From Puniceicoccales bacterium (GTDB lineage Bacteria > Verrucomicrobiota > Verrucomicrobiia > Opitutales > LL51): 32,000 nucleotides of DNA. The notes beneath the pieces were generated by a model. That model saw only the letters and a program-made list of their open reading frames with translations. It searched no databases and was not told the origin of the DNA. The stretch covers positions 1-32,000 of the forward strand of contig JAITBP010000002.1 in the NCBI GenBank assembly GCA_031283585.1, in the 5' to 3' direction. Below are positions 7,105 to 15,145 of this stretch, in pieces. Position 1 is the first letter of the stretch; each line of letters starts with the position of its first letter. The position numbers and the translations under genes were made by a program.

Positions 7105-8295
7105 ATGTACGAAAACCTTAGTTTTAAAATCACGCACACAGACAGTTCTTCCTGGGCACGATGCGGGTTACTTAAAACACCGCACGGCACCCTGGAGACC
7201 CCGAATTTTATCTTTTGCGCAACAAAAGGCGCCATGAAATCCCTTACAACGCAACAGGTTAAAGAAGCAGGTGCGGATATAATACTGTGCAACACCTATC
7301 ATCTTTTCTTGCAACCCGGCGGCGGCTTTGTTCAAAAACACGGCGGGTTACATAAGATGTTGAATTGGAACGGCCCAATGCTCACCGATTCGGGAGGATT
7401 CCAAATATTTAGCTTTGGTCACGGCGGGATTAGCGCCGAACTCAAGGGAACTAGCAATCAAGCCAGACCGAAAACACTTCTCAAAATAGATGAAACCGGC
7501 GCGACATTCCGATCCTATGTGGATGGCCAGGTTCGTGTTCTGACACCGGAGGCGTCGATAAAAACCCAGTGCCAGCTCGGCGCTGACATAATTCTGGCGC
7601 TGGACGAATGTGCTCCGATCCGCGCGGATAAAAGCTACAACGAGCGTTCGATGAACCTGAGCCATCGCTGGGAACTGCGGTGCCTCGGTGAGTTTAAAAA
7701 ATACGATACATCGATGCAGGCCCTGTATGGTGTAATCCAAGGTGGTGTGTATGAAGATCTTAGAAAACTAAGTGCGGAATTCGTCCGCAGCAACGACTTC
7801 TTCGGCCAGGCCATAGGCGGAAGCCTCGGAAAATCAAAAGCCCATATGCATGAAATTATAAGACTTACATGTCAACACATTGATAAGCAAAGACCTACGC
7901 ATCTTCTTGGCATAGGAGGAATGAGCGATATCATCAATGGCATCGCCGGCGGGATAGATACCTTCGATTGCGTTCATCCGATGAGATTGGCCAGACATGG
8001 AGGCGCACTTCTTGAACCACAACATTGTGATGGAAAAGAGTTTATCAACATCAAGAATTCTAAATTCTCTGGAGATCTATCGCCAATTCAGGAAAACTGC
8101 AGCTGCTATTGCTGTAAAAATTTTACCAAAGCCTATATTCATTATCTGTTCAAAGCAAAAGAACTTCTTGGAGGCCAACTACTTGCAATACATAATACGG
8201 CGTTTATGAGCAACTTCTTAAAAGAAATAAGGGCAGCGATAAAAGCCGGAGCATTTGGCTCTATCATGAAAAGGTGGAATATTGTTGCACCCTGA
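7105..8295 (+). CDS. tgt: tRNA-guanine transglycosylase (queuine tRNA-ribosyltransferase)
   Basis: 'ARCGLLKTPHGTLETPNF', 'NTYHL', 'LTDSGGFQ', 'LALDEC', 'LLGIGG...GIDTFDCV', and the zinc site 'CSCYCC...AIHN'. The segment 'GGSLGKS' is atypical (see findings). Confidence 0.9.
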   Translation: MYENLSFKITHTDSSSWARCGLLKTPHGTLETPNFIFCATKGAMKSLTTQQVKEAGADIILCNTYHLFLQPGGGFVQKHGGLHKMLNWNGPMLTDSGGFQIFSFGHGGISAELKGTSNQARPKTLLKIDETGATFRSYVDGQVRVLTPEASIKTQCQLGADIILALDECAPIRADKSYNERSMNLSHRWELRCLGEFKKYDTSMQALYGVIQGGVYEDLRKLSAEFVRSNDFFGQAIGGSLGKSKAHMHEIIRLTCQHIDKQRPTHLLGIGGMSDIINGIAGGIDTFDCVHPMRLARHGGALLEPQHCDGKEFINIKNSKFSGDLSPIQENCSCYCCKNFTKAYIHYLFKAKELLGGQLLAIHNTAFMSNFLKEIRAAIKAGAFGSIMKRWNIVAP

Positions 8296-9360
8296 TCAAT
8301 CTACCGATATCTCTTGACCGGAGAAGAACTTACGTAATATCTTTGCACGCATGATATCGCGAAACTCTGGCAGAGCAGCTTCATCGGAAAACACCATCAG
8401 GTGGCCTTTTTGGATTTCCAGCATATACCTATCTATGCCGTTTCGATAGGACAACGGCAAAATTTCTCGCTCCGAAGCCAGCCTCATCCAGGATAAAAGC
8501 TCGAAAGCTTCACTACCTCCGATCTTGTAGCAGGATCGCAAAATTCCGTAGGCTCTGCAAATTTTGTCCAAAATAAAAGACCTCGCCGACTTGAATATCC
8601 TGTCTCTCGCCAAATTTTCATGTTCCGTAACTGTCTTAGCCACATGCTCCATTTTCATTATTATGTCCTGTTCAGACAACCCCAGCGTGTGTTGATTCGA
8701 CAGCTGAAAAATGTTACCGAAAGCGTTCGTGCCCTCGCCCAGAACGCCCCTGACCGTAACACCGATCTTATTGAGCGCACCTATGGTATGCTGAATTTGC
8801 TTATCTATCACCAGGCCAGGGAGATGCATCATGACCGAAGCCCTCATCCCGGTGCCAATATTTGTCGGGCAGGCGGTCAAATAACCAAGCCTTTTGTCAA
8901 AAGCAAAATCGCCGCCATCTAGATTGTCATCGATCGCACCTATAACAGTCCAAAGGGCCTTCAATCCCATGCCACCTCTAAGTGCTTGTATACGAAGATG
9001 ATCTTCCTCATTTACCATGATCGAAATGGTCTGATCATTGCTGCAAGCCACGCAGGCACTGGGCAGCGACAGCTCCTTGCTTATGATATAATGTTCGCAT
9101 AGGGCAAGTTTTTCATGGTCTTTCAACTCATTGATCCTGAAAAAAACACCGTCACTTAACTGCTTCAGTTTAATTAACTTAGACTCCGCCACCGAGGCAA
9201 TACTATCACGCTCTGCATCGCTGGCCCAATGCGGAAATCTATGGCTAATCAGGTTTCGCGCCAGCCTGATTCTTGAGCTCAAAACCACATCCTTTTGCTG
9301 GCCAACGTCGCCAAAAAATTTACCACTACTCAGCAAAAACTGTTTTACACTTTTCATCAA
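8296..9360 (-). CDS. mcsB: protein arginine kinase (ATP:guanido phosphotransferase)
   Basis: 'SSRIRLARNL', 'VNEEDHLRIQ' and 'CPTNIGTGMRASVMMHLPGL' are phosphagen-kinase/McsB motifs. Its start overlaps the mcsA stop by 4 nt. Confidence 0.9.
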   Translation of the reverse strand: MMKSVKQFLLSSGKFFGDVGQQKDVVLSSRIRLARNLISHRFPHWASDAERDSIASVAESKLIKLKQLSDGVFFRINELKDHEKLALCEHYIISKELSLPSACVACSNDQTISIMVNEEDHLRIQALRGGMGLKALWTVIGAIDDNLDGGDFAFDKRLGYLTACPTNIGTGMRASVMMHLPGLVIDKQIQHTIGALNKIGVTVRGVLGEGTNAFGNIFQLSNQHTLGLSEQDIIMKMEHVAKTVTEHENLARDRIFKSARSFILDKICRAYGILRSCYKIGGSEAFELLSWMRLASEREILPLSYRNGIDRYMLEIQKGHLMVFSDEAALPEFRDIMRAKILRKFFSGQEISVD

Positions 9361-9854
9361 AATTGCGACCTCAACTGGTCCCTTAGTTTTGCTGCATCTT
9401 CAAATCGTTCTTCTGCTATCGCCCGTTTCATGGCCTCTTCAAGGGATTCCCGTGAATCATTCAAGTTGGTATTCAAAGACTTATCATCCATATGGCCAGG
9501 AATTTTTCCAATATGCTTCGTACTTTTTTGCAAATTTTCGATGGTTTTTATCATGAAATCATACATCCCTGAGTAACATTTCGGACAGCCAACAAACCCG
9601 GTTTCTTTATAATTTGACAGCGAAAAACCACAGCCATCGCAGCTGCAAACCGGACTAAAAGATAGCGCTTGCATCTTGCTGATCAGTGCACTGCCAATAT
9701 TCTTAAGTATCGATAAATGAGGAACATCTGACTCAAATATGCCACATTTCTGGGCACAGGCATTGCACAAAGATATCTCCTGCATGCTGTCGTTCACAAT
9801 CTGCGTCATCTGCACCATCGCAGGGTTTCCACAAAGGTAACATTTACTATCCAT
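9357..9854 (-). CDS. mcsA: McsA-like protein with four Cys-pair zinc motifs and a UVR domain
   Basis: CxxC pairs 'CYLCG', 'CNACAQKC', 'CSCDGCG' and 'CPKC', plus the UvrB/UvrC-type motif 'LEEAMKRAIAEERFEDAAKLRDQL'. ATG 9854 is preferred over TTG 9893. Confidence 0.8.
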   Translation of the reverse strand: MDSKCYLCGNPAMVQMTQIVNDSMQEISLCNACAQKCGIFESDVPHLSILKNIGSALISKMQALSFSPVCSCDGCGFSLSNYKETGFVGCPKCYSGMYDFMIKTIENLQKSTKHIGKIPGHMDDKSLNTNLNDSRESLEEAMKRAIAEERFEDAAKLRDQLRSQF

Positions 9855-9902
9855 GACTACCGATAATATGACCCGTAAAATTAATGCAATCAATCAAAAT
9901 CA

Positions 9903-10937
9903 TTATTGTTTTAACTTACTGATAGCCTTCATGTTAAGGTAATAACGATAGACACCGTTCACAATTGCCAACGCGGTCTTTTCTAGATTACCCTGTGCCG
10001 TAAACAGCCTAGCAACAGTGTCATTTGAAAGAAACTCCACCTCCACAAGCACTCCCGGACAGCTGAGACCTTTCAAAACACCAAACCTGGCATGCTTGAC
10101 CCCGCGATCATCGAATTTTAATCGCTGCTTCATCGAATACAGCATTGAATAGCCAGCAACCGTGTTCCAATGATCAAACCGGTTTCCCGGCAGAGCTATT
10201 GAATCAGAAGTCGTTTTCTTAGAACTAGAAGAAGATGGCTGCCCCGGCGGAGTCAATGTAAAAATTTCCACACCTCTCACGGATTTAGTATTGGCCGAAT
10301 TGAAATGTATGCTCAAAAAAAGATCTGCTTTTGCCCTGTTTGCCGCATTCACCCTATCGGCCAACTCCAGGTGAGCATCGCTGTTCCTTGTAAGGATCGC
10401 ATTGAATCCCAATGTCTTAAGTTCAGTCTGCACAATCTTTGCAACGGCCAGGGTTAAATTTTTTTCTTCCAACTTATAACCGCGATTAGTCGTACCACTA
10501 TCCCTGCCACCATGGCCAGGATCGATAACAATGGTCTTTAATCCGGGAACGGAATTTGCGATGGATCTAGGAGCAAACATCGGCTGGACATATAACTTGT
10601 AATCGTCTATGGCGATATATAACTTTTTCTGTTGCAAGAGGATAGGGCTGCCAATAAAAATTTTACAATCGTTATAATAGAAATACCTATCCTTCGAAAC
10701 AAACTTTGCCGATATGTCGGACTTGGAAATGGTCGCACTGTAATTGGATGAACAAATTTTAGCATCCAAATCCTTTGCCACGGAGTCCAGCGTAACATAC
10801 TCTGTCCCAGCGCTTTTTATGCAGACCAACCCAGGTTTTTGACCCACGTCGGCCCGGAACAGCTTCCCCTGGCAATTTATGACAAAAACCAGGCAGATAA
10901 TAACAACAAAAGTGGACAATAACAGACGAACGGACAT
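9903..10937 (-). CDS. N-acetylmuramoyl-L-alanine amidase (Amidase_3, AmiA/AmiC-like) with a signal peptide and an N-terminal targeting-like domain
   Basis: 'VIDPGHGGRDSGT', 'EEKNLTLAVA', 'ADLFLSIHFNS', 'GVEIF' and 'VLVEVEFLSN' match the zinc ligands and catalytic Glu of Amidase_3. The N-terminus is hydrophobic. Confidence 0.9.
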   Translation of the reverse strand: MSVRLLLSTFVVIICLVFVINCQGKLFRADVGQKPGLVCIKSAGTEYVTLDSVAKDLDAKICSSNYSATISKSDISAKFVSKDRYFYYNDCKIFIGSPILLQQKKLYIAIDDYKLYVQPMFAPRSIANSVPGLKTIVIDPGHGGRDSGTTNRGYKLEEKNLTLAVAKIVQTELKTLGFNAILTRNSDAHLELADRVNAANRAKADLFLSIHFNSANTKSVRGVEIFTLTPPGQPSSSSSKKTTSDSIALPGNRFDHWNTVAGYSMLYSMKQRLKFDDRGVKHARFGVLKGLSCPGVLVEVEFLSNDTVARLFTAQGNLEKTALAIVNGVYRYYLNMKAISKLKQ

Positions 10938-10940
10938 AGG

Positions 10941-11552
10941 CTACAATTCAAGCCCGTTATTAAGATCTTTTATGTTATCGGTGGCAACCTTTTTTTTGTG
11001 CGACCTAACCGGCGATAAGCTCAACGTAATCAGGCGCCCGGCCAATCTTGGCTCGTTGTCAGGCGTGCCAAATTCCTTAACATCTTCAATCACTTTCTTT
11101 ATCAGATCAAAGCCCAGGCCAATAAGGTCCATCTCACGCCCCCTAAAAACCACACCTATTTTGACTTTGCTGCCGTCGGCCAGAAAAGCCAACACATGTC
11201 TCAGTTTAGTTTGGTAATCATGCTCTTCGGTGCAAAAGCGAAATTTTACTTCCTTAACCTTAGCCGTCGCACTTTTACCAGATTTTTGCTTTTTCCCCTC
11301 GTCATACTTGTACTTGCCAAAATCTACGATCTTGCACACCGGAGGGATTGCATTTGCACTAACCTCTACAAGATCAAGACCTTCTTGCTTAGCTATGGCT
11401 ATGGCCGCGGAAACTTCCATCACACCAAGCGGCAGCCCGTCAGAACCTATCACACGAACTTCCTTTGCCTTAATTTTTTCGTTTTTTCTGGTATAATTTT
11501 TCCACGGGCCTTTCTTGCCGAAACCACCGCCTCTAAATGAAACATTTGCCAT
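10941..11552 (-). CDS. infC: translation initiation factor IF-3
   Basis: 'IKAKEVRVIGSDGLPLGVM...AIAIAKQEGLDLVEVSANAIPPVCKIVDFGKYKY' and 'VKEVKFR...EEHDYQTKL...KVKIGVVFRGREM'. The ORF as drawn starts at an ATG. Confidence 0.9.
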   Translation of the reverse strand: MANVSFRGGGFGKKGPWKNYTRKNEKIKAKEVRVIGSDGLPLGVMEVSAAIAIAKQEGLDLVEVSANAIPPVCKIVDFGKYKYDEGKKQKSGKSATAKVKEVKFRFCTEEHDYQTKLRHVLAFLADGSKVKIGVVFRGREMDLIGLGFDLIKKVIEDVKEFGTPDNEPRLAGRLITLSLSPVRSHKKKVATDNIKDLNNGLEL

Positions 11553-11636
11553 TAATATATCAACCCAATCTGCGACAGATATCTGTCTAATTTTTTAGTA
11601 ATTTGACATTTTTTCAATCCAATATTTATAGGTGAT

Positions 11637-13094
11637 TTACCCGGCAACGAACATCTCGTTTTTCCAGTGCGGCTTACTAAACATACACATAATAAATGGA
11701 AAAATAACACTCAACAGGTTGCCGATGATCATCACAGTAACATACAAGAACATATTATCAATATGCAACTCACCCGGAGGTATGAATCCAACAAAATAAC
11801 ACGCTAAACATACCAATATACCAATAATACATACAACTATCATGCCCACATTACCAAAGGGCACCTTATAACTTCTCGTCACCGCCGGGAACTTATACCT
11901 AAGTACCACGGCCGCAACAAACATCAAAATATACATCAGAAGCAGCGACTGGGTTGAAAACGCGACCAAAACCCAAAAACAGGTTTCCACCGAATCCCAC
12001 AGGACGAACAACATGGAAAACAGAGTTATAATACCTGCCTGGAATATCATTATCGCCGATGGCATCCCTACTTCGTTCACCTTCTGCAACATCGGAGGCA
12101 GATTGCCTGTCCGTGCCGTAGCCAACATGCCCCGGGCTGGCCCGGCAATCCAGGTCACAAACCAAGCTACCACACCAAACACCATCATTCCGGCCATCAC
12201 AGGACTTAGCCATTTCAATCCAAATCCGGACAGCAACACATCCATCGCATTGATCACGCCGGTTTCCAGAGTCAAACATTCTTTTGGAACTGCTATGGCA
12301 ATTGCCATGGAGCCAAATGCATACAGACCAAAAACCAACAGCGATGATATCAAAATAGCCCTTGGGAAATTTTTCTGAGGATTAGCCACATCCCGGGTAT
12401 GGACAGCAGACACCTCTAGGCCAGCAAACCCTAGCATCACATTCAAAAACAATACCCATTGGGCCGGCTCGGCCAACGGTGGAACAATCCTGGAAGCGTT
12501 AAACTCAATATTTGAATGTTTGCCTGTCACAAGCCATAGGCCTCCTAGAGCTATGATCACAAACCCAGGAATAAATGTACCAAAAATACTCCCGATGTTA
12601 GTTATCGCCGTTGCAACCCGCATTCCTTTCATCGTCACCAGGGTTCCAATCCATATTGTAACCAAAATAACGCCAAGTACATAGATGTTGTTATGAGCCA
12701 GGGACGGAATACCCACCGCATAGGAAAGCACTCCAGCCAGGTAGACCAGCGAAACCGGAATTGTCACAAAATTTGAAAAATTTTGCAGCCAAACGGCTAA
12801 AAATCCGATCCTGTTACCCAGCGCCTTGCCTACCCAGTTAAAAATACCGCCATCCTCGGGAAATCCTGTGGCCAATTCCGCCGAAACCAGCGCAGTCGGT
12901 ATCAGAAACGTCACCATTGCAACGCCATAAAAAAACAACATCGACATTCCGTAGACAGCCATCGCCGGCAAATTCCTAAGATTCGCTACGGTGGCAAAGG
13001 TCATCATAGCTAGAGAAAATACGCTAATACCCGCCGTCCAAGTTATGTGACCACTAGAATCCACCCCCTTGCACTGAATAACACCCACTGACAT
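11637..13094 (-). CDS. APC-superfamily amino-acid permease or antiporter
   Basis: About 12 transmembrane segments. 'LIPTALVSAELATGFPEDGGIFNWVGKALGNRIGFLAVW' is typical of the amino acid/polyamine/organocation family (GadC/YjeM-like). Confidence 0.85.
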   Translation of the reverse strand: MSVGVIQCKGVDSSGHITWTAGISVFSLAMMTFATVANLRNLPAMAVYGMSMLFFYGVAMVTFLIPTALVSAELATGFPEDGGIFNWVGKALGNRIGFLAVWLQNFSNFVTIPVSLVYLAGVLSYAVGIPSLAHNNIYVLGVILVTIWIGTLVTMKGMRVATAITNIGSIFGTFIPGFVIIALGGLWLVTGKHSNIEFNASRIVPPLAEPAQWVLFLNVMLGFAGLEVSAVHTRDVANPQKNFPRAILISSLLVFGLYAFGSMAIAIAVPKECLTLETGVINAMDVLLSGFGLKWLSPVMAGMMVFGVVAWFVTWIAGPARGMLATARTGNLPPMLQKVNEVGMPSAIMIFQAGIITLFSMLFVLWDSVETCFWVLVAFSTQSLLLMYILMFVAAVVLRYKFPAVTRSYKVPFGNVGMIVVCIIGILVCLACYFVGFIPPGELHIDNMFLYVTVMIIGNLLSVIFPFIMCMFSKPHWKNEMFVAG

Positions 13095-13310
13095 CTGTCA
13101 AGAATATCTAGCCATTAGAAAACAAAAATCATGAAAGCAACGCAGAACTTATCGCATAACACAGGAAAAATAAGGACAGAAAAAATCTTACACTCACAGC
13201 CATCGACTTTATATAATTTATAAAAAAATAAAAAAATCAACATTTTTGTATTTTTTTATGTTAAATTGGTCCGGGCCAACTAATCTCCGATTTTAACAGC
13301 AGAAAAATCC

Positions 13311-14198
13311 ATGAATGAGGTCATATATTACGCCATAAAAGCCCTTGAAGATCTGCGTGATAGCGGACATGAGAGCATTCCAATCAGCGGTGAAAACATA
13401 GAATTTTTATTGTCGCTGATCAACGATGGCCAAAGAGAGGATTACAGCTCTCTGAATTCCATCGACAGGGCCAGTGAAGCCAACGCCATGGCCGACAATG
13501 CTGGATCAAACCCGATTACACCCAACACCATCCAGAACATTGAACCACCGGTTAACGGCTCCATCAACCTACCCGAGGGAACCAAGCAGGAGCAATGGAA
13601 CTGGCTGCGAAACAAAGTCCTTAGCTGTCCGGTATGCAATGCCCAGGTTAATCCTGGGAAAAAAATTGTATTCGGCGTTGGAAATCTCGATGCGGATATC
13701 TTTCTATGTGGAGAAGCACCAGGTGCCGATGAAGAGATTGTTGGTGAACCATTTGTAGGTCGCGCAGGCCAATTGCTAACAAAAATCATCACCGCCATGG
13801 GCATAGGTCGGGAGGATGTTTATATAGGAAATATAATGAATTGGCGGCCCAAAATGCCGACAAAGACTGGCAATAGACCACCGACAAAAGAGGAAATGCA
13901 ATTCTGCCTGCCCTATCTATGCGCCCAGCTGCAAATAGTAAAACCAAAAGTTATCCTGGCCCTGGGCGCAACCGCCGTGAATGGACTGCTTGGCCAGGAT
14001 GACTCCCGAAGAATTTCCGATATCAGAGGCAAGTGGCTGGAATTCAATGGAATAAAACTAATACCAACCTTCCATCCATCCTATGTTTTGAGAAATAACA
14101 GCAACCAAACCAAACGGCTGGTCTGGGAGGATTTTATGAAGGTCATGGAGTTCCTAGGCCTACCGATATCAGACAAGCAACGAAAATTCTTCACCTAA
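13311..14198 (+). CDS. family-4 uracil-DNA glycosylase with an N-terminal extension of about 100 aa
   Basis: 'CPVC', motif A 'LCGEAPGADEE...PFVGRAGQLL', and motif B 'FHPSYVLRN'. The first ~100 aa have no recognisable motif. Confidence 0.85.
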   Translation: MNEVIYYAIKALEDLRDSGHESIPISGENIEFLLSLINDGQREDYSSLNSIDRASEANAMADNAGSNPITPNTIQNIEPPVNGSINLPEGTKQEQWNWLRNKVLSCPVCNAQVNPGKKIVFGVGNLDADIFLCGEAPGADEEIVGEPFVGRAGQLLTKIITAMGIGREDVYIGNIMNWRPKMPTKTGNRPPTKEEMQFCLPYLCAQLQIVKPKVILALGATAVNGLLGQDDSRRISDIRGKWLEFNGIKLIPTFHPSYVLRNNSNQTKRLVWEDFMKVMEFLGLPISDKQRKFFT

Positions 14199-14274
14199 CA
14201 GTGAACTTATCTTTGACAAACCGCCCATCGATAGACAATATTTGCCGACGGCTAAGTATTGTAAGACCAATACA

Positions 14275-14772
14275 ATGAGAAAGTTAAAGAAAGTTTTAAT
14301 CGAATTATTCCTGGCACTTATGGTGGTTCTGGTCTATTTTGCCTTAAAATATAGAACAGTCTTCAGCCACCGGGCATTCCCTGGAATGAAAAACAATTCG
14401 GCCGCCGAATATATGGATAAAAAAACCAAAGCCGAGCCACTGATAGACAGGGCTCGGGAAACGCTTGAAACATGCCTAAGGTTCTTGAACGCCAAGGCTT
14501 TTGACCATGAAGTAGAAGAGCAAAAGCAACTTCTTCTTAAACAAAGAAACGACGTACCTTTGCCCTGCAGAGAATCATTTAATACATTCGTGTTTTTTGT
14601 GGATGAAATAATAAATGAAGATGTTATGGATATAGCTCGAATGGGCATAAATAATCTCGACAAGGCATTGTACGATGCTTTCAACGATTTGATAACCAGC
14701 TATGCATCCTATCTTAACGATCAACCTGGACACGAAAATTTCCAAAAAGCCGCCAAGATGGATTCCAATTAA
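14275..14772 (+). CDS. hypothetical membrane-anchored protein
   Basis: The N-terminal hydrophobic helix 'VLIELFLALMVVLVYFAL' is followed by a helical soluble part with no known motif. ATG 14275 is preferred over TTG 14242. Confidence 0.5.
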   Translation: MRKLKKVLIELFLALMVVLVYFALKYRTVFSHRAFPGMKNNSAAEYMDKKTKAEPLIDRARETLETCLRFLNAKAFDHEVEEQKQLLLKQRNDVPLPCRESFNTFVFFVDEIINEDVMDIARMGINNLDKALYDAFNDLITSYASYLNDQPGHENFQKAAKMDSN

Positions 14773-14781
14773 TTTCAATCA

Positions 14782-15057
14782 TTAAATGGTACCCGCTGGT
14801 TTGTTTTCTGCAGCAACGGCTTCATTTTTTGTCGGATCATCTTTAGACTGTCCGCCACGTTCAATGGTCAAAGCTTTTTCGAAATCCGTGCTTAGCATCA
14901 CCGAAGGCTTGGTTTCATTTTTATTTTGAGCCACTGGATTTTTAGGTTTTGGATCCAATGGTTTTTCGGCTACACTGTCCAATGTGCCGCGATTATTGTT
15001 CACCTGGACATAGCGTCCATCATTATTTACAATTTGTGAAAACTGTGATTCTGTCAT
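14782..15057 (-). CDS. hypothetical 91-aa low-complexity (Asn/Lys/Pro-rich) protein
   Basis: A strong AGGAG SD lies 6 nt upstream of the ATG, and a good promoter match lies upstream. No homology recognised. Confidence 0.5.
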   Translation of the reverse strand: MTESQFSQIVNNDGRYVQVNNNRGTLDSVAEKPLDPKPKNPVAQNKNETKPSVMLSTDFEKALTIERGGQSKDDPTKNEAVAAENKPAGTI

Positions 15058-15087
15058 AATTTACTCCTGCTTATAATTACAAAAATC

Positions 15088-15115
15088 AGTATAATATTTT
15101 TTTTACTTGAGGCAA
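15088..15115 (-). promoter_or_regulatory. candidate sigma70-type promoter of the 91-aa gene
   Basis: On the minus strand: TTGCCT (15115-15110), a 16-nt spacer, then TATACT (15093-15088). It overlaps a plus-strand TATAAT at 15090-15095. Confidence 0.4.
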
Positions 15116-15145
15116 CCATTTATAAACATAAAATTATAATTGACC

